A DNA stretch of 64,000 bases from an uncultured Bacteroides sp. (GTDB lineage Bacteria; Bacteroidota; Bacteroidia; Bacteroidales; Muribaculaceae). Where the stretch lies: the NCBI GenBank assembly GCA_964442005.1, contig CAYTWG010000004.1, positions 1,694 to 65,693 of the forward strand, written 5' to 3'. Below, piece after piece: positions 20,582-29,323 of this stretch. Each line of letters opens with the position of its first letter. Positions within the stretch are counted from its first letter, which is position 1. The notes beneath the pieces were generated by a model that was not told where the DNA came from, ran no database searches, and saw nothing but the letters and a program-made list of their open reading frames with translations. The position numbers and the translations under genes are program-made.

Positions 20582-20764
20582 ATGAAAAAGTTACTGCTGT
20601 CAGCCCATTACATAAATACCGCCATGCCGCAGTCGGGCGATGCCTCTTTCCAGGGCATCAGCCGGAATGATGCGTCATCTCCTTGCTGCCACAGTCTCCC
20701 TTGCGGAAGTTGCTGTCAACAGATTGCGGTTATTTATATATCACCTAAAACAATACAACAATGA
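20582..20764 (+). pseudogene. btuB 5' remnant / 60-codon leader ORF
   Basis: The first 25 nt (ATGAAAAAGTTACTGCTGTCAGCCC, MKKLLLSA) are identical to the btuB start at 35049. The rest has no TonB-receptor features. Its stop overlaps the next start (ATGA at 20761-20764). Confidence 0.45.
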
Positions 20765-21543
20765 AACAGATTAAATCATTATCATTTCTGATGATTGCCG
20801 CAGCAATGGGAGCTGCCGTCACTTCGTGTCATTCTCATGACGACTCTGACAACCTGCTCGTGATTTGCCCCGTATCGTCTGACCTGAAATTCAACGACAT
20901 GGGCTATTGGGACTACTGCTACGACAGCGACTACGACAACGCTCTCGTGTTTCAAGGTCTCAAATACAGTCACTCGGCTATCGTGACCGAGTGGGGTGGC
21001 GTAAAATATTACTCTTGGAAAGGATTCTGCCCTACAATCTCGACCGACAACACCGACCATTCAACCGACTGGGTGACATATCAGTGGGGCTCCATAGCCG
21101 GCGGAGCTATCAATTCCGGCGACCCCTACATTCTCGGATGCTGGGATGTCAACGAGTCGACCGAGGCGATCCCCGAGCACCCCGCTTGCGCCATCACGTC
21201 CTCATCCGCAGGTTTCTCGCCCGTGGAAGTTTTTGTGACCAACTCAGCTTACGCTTATTACACAATGCTTAACGGCAACGATTTCTGCCGCAAATTCACA
21301 GCCGACGACCGCCTCACGCTCTACATCCACGGTCTTTTTGACGGCAGAAAGACCGGAACCGTCACCGTCGACCTCGCCAAGGGCACCGACATCCTCCGCA
21401 CATGGGAGCCCGTCGACCTCACACCCCTCGGCACCGTTAACGAAATATACTTCCAGATGACATCGACCGACAGCGGACAGTGGGGCATGAACACCCCCGC
21501 CTATTTCTGTCTCGACAGGCTCACCATCATCGACAACAAATAA
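20761..21543 (+). CDS. lipoprotein, DUF4465-like (B12-locus associated family, by recall)
   Basis: Signal peptide plus lipobox (AAVTSC), 260 aa, ending ...PAYFCLDRLTI. It sits under a cobalamin riboswitch. Confidence 0.65.
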   Translation: MKQIKSLSFLMIAAAMGAAVTSCHSHDDSDNLLVICPVSSDLKFNDMGYWDYCYDSDYDNALVFQGLKYSHSAIVTEWGGVKYYSWKGFCPTISTDNTDHSTDWVTYQWGSIAGGAINSGDPYILGCWDVNESTEAIPEHPACAITSSSAGFSPVEVFVTNSAYAYYTMLNGNDFCRKFTADDRLTLYIHGLFDGRKTGTVTVDLAKGTDILRTWEPVDLTPLGTVNEIYFQMTSTDSGQWGMNTPAYFCLDRLTIIDNK

Positions 21544-21569
21544 AATTATCCCCAAGGGTTTTTAACGTG

Positions 21570-21615
21570 ACCGTGCCCCGGCGCTGACATCTGCGTTCAG
21601 CTTCCGGGGCACGGT
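21570..21615 (+). terminator. bidirectional hairpin between the DUF4465-like gene and crp/fnr
   Basis: 12-bp GC-rich stem ACCGTGCCCCGG / CCGGGGCACGGT, followed by TGTATTTT. Confidence 0.6.
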
Positions 21616-21658
21616 TGTATTTTGTCCGATGCCGCGTCCGCGCGGCGTTAACGCCGGT

Positions 21659-22381
21659 TCATTCAGCCGACGTCTGAAGTATCGCAAGCAAGTCAGGACG
21701 CGACTTGACCCTGATTTCATTTTGGTCGTAGTCTATGATGCCGCGCGACTTCATCGACTCCAGTGTCGCAAGAAACGACGTGCGCTGCACTCCGAACAAT
21801 GCGTACAAATCACGCTGACGGCACGTCAGGGCGATATCCTTTCCGCTCCGCTGTGTCAGCGCTATGATCCAGTAAGCGATACGTTCCTCCAGATTCCCTG
21901 TCGTAAGTGCCATGATACCGTCGATACCCTTCTGTGCGTTCATCGACAGTGTGTTCAGGAAATTAAACAGAAAGATACGGTCAAGATTCAGGATACGCAG
22001 GTAATCGCTCTTCTCGATTTGCAGGATACCCGTCGGTTCAAGTGCCGTGACCGTGCAAGGATACTGCGTCGTGCGACCGAAAAGAAACTCCGGAGCGATA
22101 ACGTCAGGCGCGTCAAGCGTCTGCGACACCGTGAAACGCCCGTTGTGATTACTTATCGAACTGCGCGCGCTACCTGAGATTATAAACTTGATGTGAGTGC
22201 AGGGATCACCCTCGGTGACGATCGTCTCCCCGCTCAGATATTTCAGAAAATGAAATTTCGTATTACCTATGATTTCCGATATTCGCTCATAGCTGGCGCC
22301 GTGAAACAGAGGCAGACCAGTGAGCATTTCATACATGCTGTCCATACGTTGTTCGTTCTTTTTACTATAAACAACACTCAT
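21659..22381 (-). CDS. Crp/Fnr-family transcriptional regulator
   Basis: Cyclic-nucleotide-binding-like N-terminus (LPLFHGASYERISEI...GETIVTEGDPC...) and a C-terminal HTH (RDLYALFGVQRTSFLATLESMKSRGII). Confidence 0.85.
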   Translation of the reverse strand: MSVVYSKKNEQRMDSMYEMLTGLPLFHGASYERISEIIGNTKFHFLKYLSGETIVTEGDPCTHIKFIISGSARSSISNHNGRFTVSQTLDAPDVIAPEFLFGRTTQYPCTVTALEPTGILQIEKSDYLRILNLDRIFLFNFLNTLSMNAQKGIDGIMALTTGNLEERIAYWIIALTQRSGKDIALTCRQRDLYALFGVQRTSFLATLESMKSRGIIDYDQNEIRVKSRPDLLAILQTSAE

Positions 22382-22423
22382 AATCGGAAAAAGTTAAATT
22401 TAATTATAGATTATTATTTCAAG

Positions 22424-22431
22424 CAAAGATA
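22424..22431 (-). promoter_or_regulatory. -7 box TATCTTTG for crp/fnr
   Basis: The plus strand reads CAAAGATA, about 43 nt upstream of the ATG at 22381. Confidence 0.4.
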
Positions 22432-22652
22432 CACACTTTTTATTAAAAATAACTTAATTCCTCCCATTTTACACGCTCCCCCCGCCATCCAAGAGCCATT
22501 CCCATCCCTCTGTGCGCGCCACAAGCGCCAACAATCGGAGAGCCGTCTCCACAACCCCTACATATAAAAATAAAAATCTTGCCCCCACACCGTTTTTCCC
22601 TTAATCGCCCATTTTTCCCTCCGTAAATTTGGAAAATCCTGATTTAAAGTAT

Positions 22653-22660
22653 TATATTTG
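22653..22660 (+). promoter_or_regulatory. -7 box TATATTTG (with TTTG at 22628-22631) for the AT-rich islet
   Basis: TAnnTTTG plus an upstream TTTG at 21-nt spacing, about 63 nt before the ATG at 22723. Confidence 0.45.
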
Positions 22661-22722
22661 CAAAAACGACCACCTTATACCCTCCCGCCATGAAATAAAA
22701 ACCGGTAACACTTATATAAATT

Positions 22723-23430
22723 ATGAAACAAGTCCATTTTATATTCATACTGCTGTTGTGTTGTCTGTCATCGTGCTGGTTGCTTTCTGATGTGAAAAGA
22801 TATCGCCTTAACGAAGAAGATCTAAAGTGGGTCTCTTTCTGTGATGTCAACGATACGATTATTTTCAAGAGTGATCATGATCATGCTCTTGACTCTTTCG
22901 TTGTGACCAGAGTCTATATTAATAACCTGCCGGATTCCATACAACCGACTAATACTTCTCTTTCTTCTAACTTTTTGTTTAGAGAAGCTTATGCCGAAGC
23001 ATCTATACACATGGCGATGTTAAAAAACGGTGAGTTAGTGGATACTGATGATGTGTTTGAGAAAAACAGATATCATGAGTGCTTTACTATAAGTTTCTGT
23101 TTACGAATATTGGATAGTCCGCATGACTTGCATTATACTTTTTTGGTAGGAGATATGCATATTCACTCGATTTCTGAAAAAACCATACAGGAATTAACTG
23201 TAGATGATTACCCCGGTTACCGGGATGATATTGTCATCCGCTTAGATGATGGTGAACCATATACTTTCAAGGAGGAACGTATTCAAAAATACTACACAGA
23301 TATATCTAATTTATACTGGAGCAGAGACTCCGGGCTAATATCTTATACGTTGGACGACGGAACCGTATACCAACGCTACAAACACATTAAGGCTGACAAC
23401 CAAAGCCATAAATGTCACCGCATCAAATAA
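22723..23430 (+). CDS. hypothetical lipoprotein (AT-rich islet gene 1)
   Basis: 235-aa ORF with lipobox LLLCCLSSC. No recognisable family. Very low GC. Confidence 0.6.
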   Translation: MKQVHFIFILLLCCLSSCWLLSDVKRYRLNEEDLKWVSFCDVNDTIIFKSDHDHALDSFVVTRVYINNLPDSIQPTNTSLSSNFLFREAYAEASIHMAMLKNGELVDTDDVFEKNRYHECFTISFCLRILDSPHDLHYTFLVGDMHIHSISEKTIQELTVDDYPGYRDDIVIRLDDGEPYTFKEERIQKYYTDISNLYWSRDSGLISYTLDDGTVYQRYKHIKADNQSHKCHRIK

Positions 23431-23450
23431 TTACAAATTTAAAACAGGAA

Positions 23451-23549
23451 CAATACCCTCTCACTTTATTAAACTAATGAACAAATGGACAAGCCCTGGA
23501 AAATAATAACCACTATCGCCACGTTAATCGTTCTTGTCGTCAGTTCAAA
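23451..23549. repeat. 99-bp direct repeat, copy 1
   Basis: CAATACCCTCTCACTTTATTAAACTAATGAACAAATGGACAAGCC...GTCGTCAGTTCAAA is identical to 24086-24184. It covers 34 nt of leader plus the first 65 nt of the ORF. Confidence 0.95.
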
Positions 23550-24075
23550 TATATGCAGCGGCAGAGTACGTATTATTCAAAATGACGCATATATGTCATT
23601 GTTTTATTCCTCTTATTTAGTGGAAACAATTCTTAATGAGGAAAACGGAGACAGTCTACTGGAGTATCTGATAGAAAATAATTTTTATATCCGGTATCCT
23701 ATAAAAATACCTATGACGGGGGATAAGGAAATAATGCCAATTATAGTTAAAGAAGATTCTGCACATATGAAAGCGATTTACAATCATCGTCGCCCTTTTG
23801 CCGATTCAGTTTTCCAGATTAATCCGGAGATAACCAACAGAATTGAGCACAATTTTATCGATCGACTCAACCGGCTTGAGACCATATATATCACCCCGCC
23901 GAATTATGAGTGTGGGGACATCTATTATTTACCTACCAATACAAGGCCCCTTATGAAAGATATTAGTGCACGTGACACTATCAAATATCCCGTTATGAAG
24001 GACTACTTCAGATATTGGATTGACAGTATCCGTCAGATGCCGTCCCGGAAGATAACACCTAGGCTAATATATTAA
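23485..24075 (+). CDS. hypothetical membrane-anchored protein (AT-rich islet gene 2)
   Basis: 196 aa with an N-terminal TM/signal anchor KIITTIATLIVLVVSS. No recognisable family. Confidence 0.6.
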   Translation: MDKPWKIITTIATLIVLVVSSNICSGRVRIIQNDAYMSLFYSSYLVETILNEENGDSLLEYLIENNFYIRYPIKIPMTGDKEIMPIIVKEDSAHMKAIYNHRRPFADSVFQINPEITNRIEHNFIDRLNRLETIYITPPNYECGDIYYLPTNTRPLMKDISARDTIKYPVMKDYFRYWIDSIRQMPSRKITPRLIY

Positions 24076-24085
24076 TCAGTTGAAT

Positions 24086-24184
24086 CAATACCCTCTCACT
24101 TTATTAAACTAATGAACAAATGGACAAGCCCTGGAAAATAATAACCACTATCGCCACGTTAATCGTTCTTGTCGTCAGTTCAAA
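24086..24184. repeat. 99-bp direct repeat, copy 2
   Basis: Perfect copy of 23451-23549, offset by 635 bp. Confidence 0.95.
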
Positions 24185-24188
24185 ATAG
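24120..24188 (+). pseudogene. 22-codon truncated duplicate of the islet gene 2 start
   Basis: ATGGACAAGCCCTGG... encodes MDKPWKIITTIATLIVLVVSSK, then TAG. It diverges from gene 2 exactly where the repeat ends. Confidence 0.5.
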
Positions 24189-24265
24189 GCGCAGCCTCAT
24201 ACTTAGTACACTTCTAAATTTATTTAACACTCTCCAATAGCCCCGCCCGGCATTAATCGCGTGAT

Positions 24266-24844
24266 TTACGCCTGGATACAATCTATGTGAAGGATTCCGC
24301 CCCGTTGAGCACCGTAGTAAGCCGGGATGCGAATATCGCCACGCTGTATATCGCTCAGGTAGAGGGGATGTCCTACGCACACTGTGGTCAGCGTAAACGT
24401 ATCGCCAGGCTCTATCTTTATATTATTTGAGTTGATAACGCGGAATCGCATCACGCCTATACACTCTATCTCACACGATTTATTGTTATTCCATTTCAGT
24501 AACAATCTATCGCCGGGTTTTAGATTGTTGGAATTGATGATTGTTTTGCCAAGAAAGCCCGACTCCCCGTCAGGTACTCCCCCATCCTTAATGCTTGCCA
24601 TGAATGTTTCCCAATCTTTGTACTCGTTGTAACGGGCGAGTGTATTCAATGTCGTCAACGACGGGAAACTGGTATAGTTCACGTATCCCCATATTCGCTT
24701 TATCGATGATAAGCTCAATCTTCTGCCTGTTTTTATGTATATCTGATGTGATAATTCGTTGAACTCGGCAGGTGTCGAAGGTATAAAACCGAGATTGGAG
24801 TTTGTGATATTTACCAGAACTTTTAAAGCGGCTTTCATTTCCAT
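24266..24844 (-). CDS. hypothetical protein (last gene of the kinase operon)
   Basis: 192-aa ORF starting 4 nt after the kinase stop. The N-terminus (...LSLSSIKRIWGYVNY...) looks like a helical or HTH-like module. No family recognised. Confidence 0.55.
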   Translation of the reverse strand: MEMKAALKVLVNITNSNLGFIPSTPAEFNELSHQIYIKTGRRLSLSSIKRIWGYVNYTSFPSLTTLNTLARYNEYKDWETFMASIKDGGVPDGESGFLGKTIINSNNLKPGDRLLLKWNNNKSCEIECIGVMRFRVINSNNIKIEPGDTFTLTTVCVGHPLYLSDIQRGDIRIPAYYGAQRGGILHIDCIQA

Positions 24845-24848
24845 AATT

Positions 24849-25775
24849 TTATCGTGTTGTAATCATATATGCGACCAGTGAACCGAGCGTGAGACACACG
24901 CTAAGCATGATGTAGGTTAATAATCGGGATGACAGGGCTCTTGAAAAGAGACGTTGAATTGTAGATTTGGATGTCGGCAGCTTTATCCTTGATACCGAGT
25001 CAGGACGTTTTTCGGGGCGGGGATGGGCACACCTCCGGGCGACTTCGGCAAGCTCCTCATCATCGGTTGCCGCGGCAATCTCTTCCAATACGACACCCAA
25101 CGAATAGATATCCGCCACTGCCGAAGGTGCACTCTGCCCCGCAAATTGCTCGGGCGCCATATACTTCTTCGACCCGGCGGGATTTTTAAGCACGATGAAA
25201 TCATCGCTGTCTGAAAGACTGAAATCTATAATTTTTACCGTTCGGTTACTTTTGGCAATCAATATATTGGATGGCTTGAGGTCTCGATGAAATATCTGCT
25301 TATCATGCATGTAACCAAGCGCCTGCATCAACTGTGCGGCTATGGCACGGCCTGCCGGCAGTGACAGTTGTCCCGACTCGATAAGTGTTTTCAGTGTCAT
25401 GCCATCGATATACTCCATCACTATGACTTTTCCTATGTCTCCAACGGTTTCTATGCTGAATGTACGGCGGATGTAGGGATGGTCAAGCGTGATAGCGATT
25501 TCAAATTCTTTGGCAAGGGCAAGATTATAGACCGGGTCGTTACGTAACTCCTCCTTCAATCCTTTGAGAATATATCGCTTGCCGTATCGTGTTGCACTGT
25601 ATATCTCTGTATGCCCCGACAGCGACGTGTACAACGACCTTATATTGGCAAACTGATAAGAAAACAGACCTTCAAGGTCAAGTCGAGGCTTCTCAACATC
25701 ACCGTCTAGATAGAATGAGCTGTTTTCGTCCTCGTTTGACTTAAGGGCGCTATTGTCGATATTGCGATTATCCAT
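24849..25775 (-). CDS. Hanks-type serine/threonine protein kinase, C-terminally membrane-anchored
   Basis: Catalytic loop HRDLKPSNILI, DFS (DFG-like), YMAPEQ, and a lysine in RYILKGLK. C-terminal TM segment LLTYIMLSVCLTLGSLVAYMI. Confidence 0.85.
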   Translation of the reverse strand: MDNRNIDNSALKSNEDENSSFYLDGDVEKPRLDLEGLFSYQFANIRSLYTSLSGHTEIYSATRYGKRYILKGLKEELRNDPVYNLALAKEFEIAITLDHPYIRRTFSIETVGDIGKVIVMEYIDGMTLKTLIESGQLSLPAGRAIAAQLMQALGYMHDKQIFHRDLKPSNILIAKSNRTVKIIDFSLSDSDDFIVLKNPAGSKKYMAPEQFAGQSAPSAVADIYSLGVVLEEIAAATDDEELAEVARRCAHPRPEKRPDSVSRIKLPTSKSTIQRLFSRALSSRLLTYIMLSVCLTLGSLVAYMITTR

Positions 25776-25780
25776 TGACT

Positions 25781-27445
25781 TTATTTCTGAAATTCGACGA
25801 TTTTACTGAACAGACCCCACTGTTTATGATTACGATAGACATCTTTACATCCTGCCGGAACATGGAGGACACTCCCGCTCGGAAACGGGAATGACCTGTT
25901 GTAAAATGCATTGGTAGTCGTTAACGGGGGGATGCTTGCTTTTATATATAAATCCGTGATACTCGTTCCGTCAAATGCGTAATTTCCGATATACGCCGTG
26001 CCGCTCCCGAGTGTGACAGTAGTCAGTGAGACGCAGCCCTGGAACATTGCCTCGGAAATATTGGTTAGATTATCGGGAAGAGTTATTGATGTCAATGAAG
26101 TCCCGGCAAATGCTCCGCGACTTATGGTGGTAACCGACGACGGAATTTCGAGACCGGTGATTGACGTGCCGTAAAAGGCATTCTCCCCTATTGCCGTAAT
26201 TGTCTCGGGCAGCCGGTAGTCGCCCGTTTTACCGAGAGGGAACCACAGGATTTCCGTGGCGTGATTATTAAACAGCACCCCATCGATTGATGTGTAATTC
26301 TCATTTGCCGCTGACACTTCAATGGCTTCAAGAGCTGTACAACCGCTCGATGGCGACAGGCTTTCGATACCCGCCGGTATCAGCAGATCTTTCAGAGCGG
26401 TACAGTTGGCCAATGCATCTGTCTGCAACCGGGTTGCCGATGCCGGCAACTCTATTTTTTGCAGTCTCACACAGTTGGCAAGCAGATCGGTGGTGATAAT
26501 ATCTGTCTCCGTATAACGGCTGCCGTCATACGTAGCACCCCCCTCCACTATATTCACTCCACTCAGGTTAACCTCAGTTACAGCACATTCCATATCGGGA
26601 CTGTCAGGCATACGTGGCGCTCCGAGCATGAATCGGAGAAAACGGAAATCATCGCCATTCATTTCGCCGGCTATAGTGACACATTTCAAGTCAATCGATT
26701 TATGGCGGTCAAAGAGAGATGAAAGAGTGCCGGCTTTTTGAAGCATGAGACTGTTTAGTGTAGTGAATGTGACGGGGTCTCCTTGTCTCTCCCCTATCGA
26801 GTTGCAGGCAAATGATGTAAGTGTGTATTCCGTATTGATTTCCAATCCGGTTATATTGAGGCGATGCTTGCCTTCAGTCAAGTCCTCAACCGGTAGAGCG
26901 ATGCGTCGCGCCAATCCTTGCCGGCTGTCAGTAACATCACATCCCGCACTCAGCAACGCCTCTCCGCCATCCCCGGTGATGTCTAACGAGACTATGACCC
27001 CTACCGGTCCTGACGCGAGTATTTCTATCGCCGAGACCGAGGGCAACTCGTTGGGCAACGTGGAAAATTGTATTTCGTTCGACCGGAGAGATGCAGTCGA
27101 GGTGCCCCCGGTTAAATAGCAGGCGTAGGTAGTGCCCGCTTTGAGATTCCGCAGATTCAATGTCTGAATCTCGGCTTCCGGGTCAGAGACATTATATACA
27201 TTGGTGACATCTCCCGGCTCACCGTAGTAAAAAGCAAGATGTGTCAGATTGGTCCGTCCGTTTTTATGTACCACGGCTGTTATTTGAGCCTCGGTACGCG
27301 TTATGTCCGTCACTCCCGTAATTTCAAGCACAGGTTCCCTGTTGTCAGGTTGGTTCCGGTCGGAGCAACCCGGCGTCAGGACTATTATCAGCATCGTCAC
27401 AACGAGCAAACTGATTTTATGAAACGATATTTTCTGCACGACCAT
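25781..27445 (-). CDS. BspA-type leucine-rich-repeat lipoprotein with two Ig/FN3-like N-terminal domains
   Basis: Start trimmed to MVVQKISFHKISLLVVTMLIIVLTPGC. The C-terminal half has LRR_5-like units (LP.TITAIGENAFYGTSITGLEIPSSVTTISRGAFAG...). Confidence 0.8.
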   Translation of the reverse strand: MVVQKISFHKISLLVVTMLIIVLTPGCSDRNQPDNREPVLEITGVTDITRTEAQITAVVHKNGRTNLTHLAFYYGEPGDVTNVYNVSDPEAEIQTLNLRNLKAGTTYACYLTGGTSTASLRSNEIQFSTLPNELPSVSAIEILASGPVGVIVSLDITGDGGEALLSAGCDVTDSRQGLARRIALPVEDLTEGKHRLNITGLEINTEYTLTSFACNSIGERQGDPVTFTTLNSLMLQKAGTLSSLFDRHKSIDLKCVTIAGEMNGDDFRFLRFMLGAPRMPDSPDMECAVTEVNLSGVNIVEGGATYDGSRYTETDIITTDLLANCVRLQKIELPASATRLQTDALANCTALKDLLIPAGIESLSPSSGCTALEAIEVSAANENYTSIDGVLFNNHATEILWFPLGKTGDYRLPETITAIGENAFYGTSITGLEIPSSVTTISRGAFAGTSLTSITLPDNLTNISEAMFQGCVSLTTVTLGSGTAYIGNYAFDGTSITDLYIKASIPPLTTTNAFYNRSFPFPSGSVLHVPAGCKDVYRNHKQWGLFSKIVEFQK

Positions 27446-27452
27446 GATCTCT

Positions 27453-28448
27453 CTATAATTTACCCAATTTAATTCCGACACCGATACATCCATACCAGTC
27501 TCTTCCTTTGATGCTCGCGACCGAGGCTGAGACGACCAGTCGATTGAAGGTTAGAATCGCACCGGCTTCCAGTGAGACTCCTCGACATGAATATCCTCGG
27601 TTCGTGACCCATCCTCCGCCCTCTGACGGCGCTAATTCCCATGCCAGTTTATTGTCGCCGAAACCTATTCCTTCAAATATAGCGACTCGCTGCGACAACC
27701 GGTGGGCGGCTCCTGCATTTACCATGAAGAATGACTTTCGGGCTGCCCCTGAATAGAATGGCAGCTCTCCGGCAATCAATCCCTCTTTATCACATTCTCC
27801 AATCCCCTCGCCGACTTTACCGAAATTGCTTGACAGATGTACGAAACCGCCATGACGCTTCATTATCGCTACCATGATACCGCCGGCAGCTACTGTCGAT
27901 TTTCCGCCGGCTTCTGCCATCAGAAACACTTCAGACGTTAACGGTACAGGGACTGTCCGTGGAAGGACCATTACTGTATCTACCCGCGTCATCACCACGG
28001 TATCGACAACAGTTTTCACTACCGGCACTACCGGAGTCACCGTTTCTGCTTTTGCCGTTACCGGCGAGGCGATAACGAGTTCTGCGGTAATGTGGCTACT
28101 TATACGCGATGGTAAGATATAATCACGCAGGACGCCCCATTGTGAATGTTTTATTGTGATTTTCTTTGTGCCATGGGGCACATACAGCCATATTTCGCCG
28201 ACTTTATCTTCCCGTTTCACTATACCCAACGGAGTCGAGAACACAAAATCATCCGGCGCCATGACCTTGATGAGCCCGCAGTCCTCTCCGTTCCGGTCTT
28301 GCACGGGATTGATAAATGCCGTGACATCGTTGGGAAGCACACGGAATGATGATACGGAAAATTCCTGTGCACCGACCGGCTGAATACCGGCACATACCAT
28401 CAACAAAATTAAGATCGCTTCAAAATATGTAGCTGCGGATTCTTTCAT
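27453..28448 (-). CDS. hypothetical secreted protein, N-terminal beta-sandwich-like plus C-terminal beta-barrel-like region
   Basis: Start trimmed to MKESAATYFEAILILLMVCAGIQPVGAQE (signal peptide). V/T/P-rich linker. The C-terminal about 150 aa show alternating hydrophobic and Gly-rich strands. Confidence 0.55.
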   Translation of the reverse strand: MKESAATYFEAILILLMVCAGIQPVGAQEFSVSSFRVLPNDVTAFINPVQDRNGEDCGLIKVMAPDDFVFSTPLGIVKREDKVGEIWLYVPHGTKKITIKHSQWGVLRDYILPSRISSHITAELVIASPVTAKAETVTPVVPVVKTVVDTVVMTRVDTVMVLPRTVPVPLTSEVFLMAEAGGKSTVAAGGIMVAIMKRHGGFVHLSSNFGKVGEGIGECDKEGLIAGELPFYSGAARKSFFMVNAGAAHRLSQRVAIFEGIGFGDNKLAWELAPSEGGGWVTNRGYSCRGVSLEAGAILTFNRLVVSASVASIKGRDWYGCIGVGIKLGKL

Positions 28449-28452
28449 GAAG

Positions 28453-29310
28453 TCATTCGAGATTAAAACCACTGATGTCAATCAACTCTTCATTGTCCAG
28501 GTCGATAGTAGCGGTAGGCTGCCAGGTGCGCACGTGTATCAAGGGCATTGATGGATTCCTGAAATCCCACAGAAGAAATAGATAACCGTCATCGCTGTAC
28601 TGTCCGCTTGAATACTGTTGTCGGAGTGTGACTCCATAGATACCGTCAGCGGTTGGATGCCTCATTATCTTAAAATCAGAAAAGTCCACGTTGATATCCT
28701 TACCCGAATTAAAGATTTTTTCAAGCTTTTCAAGATAGGATTGCTTGGTTCTGACAATATAATTTACCTTGACCGGGTCACCGATCATGTCGGTTGACTT
28801 GCGTGACGTGTTGACTACCTGACCCACGATGATGAGTGCATTATCACTGAATACCTGACGGATGAAATCAATATCACGGGTGGTATATGACGTGCGCAGA
28901 TGCTCGCAGTAACTCAATATCTTGTGACGGCTTATCGAGTCGGTCTCCTCAAGATGTCCGTTAAGCACCTTGATTGCCTCTGTCCGGAAAGGATGGCTGA
29001 CGTTGATGTATTGCAACTCGATATCCTTGAAGCGGGTGGCATGAGTCGGGTGCTGTAGATCCGTCTCCTCCGCTGCCGCCTTTTCCTGTACCACGGTATC
29101 TGCTTCCTCTGTCGGCTGATCAGCCGGCGACTGTTCCTCAACAGTCCCGGGAGCCGACTCTTCGGGTGTCAACGTATCGGGTGACACTTCAGCGGTTGTT
29201 TCAGCCGATAAAACAAGAGGAGGCCGCCTGTAAAGCCAGGCTGCCCATCCTCCAAGTATTATAGCAATAATAATTAATAGAATATTAAGTTTCTTTCTTC
29301 TTGATGACAT
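28453..29310 (-). CDS. hypothetical single-pass membrane protein
   Basis: Start trimmed to MSSRRKKLNILLIIIAIILGGWAAWLY (TM). Acidic/Pro-rich linker followed by a globular domain of about 190 aa. Confidence 0.55.
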   Translation of the reverse strand: MSSRRKKLNILLIIIAIILGGWAAWLYRRPPLVLSAETTAEVSPDTLTPEESAPGTVEEQSPADQPTEEADTVVQEKAAAEETDLQHPTHATRFKDIELQYINVSHPFRTEAIKVLNGHLEETDSISRHKILSYCEHLRTSYTTRDIDFIRQVFSDNALIIVGQVVNTSRKSTDMIGDPVKVNYIVRTKQSYLEKLEKIFNSGKDINVDFSDFKIMRHPTADGIYGVTLRQQYSSGQYSDDGYLFLLWDFRNPSMPLIHVRTWQPTATIDLDNEELIDISGFNLE

Positions 29311-29323
29311 CAATATTAATTGT

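Noticed and set aside
22470-22640. Strongly C-rich, G-poor plus-strand tract (…CCTCCCATTTTACACGCTCCCCCCGCCATCC…TTTTCCCTTAATCGCCCATTTTTCCCTCCG…)
   Set aside because: I found no repeat unit, ORF, hairpin or known motif. It may be a decayed gene remnant at the islet boundary, but I cannot support any specific call.
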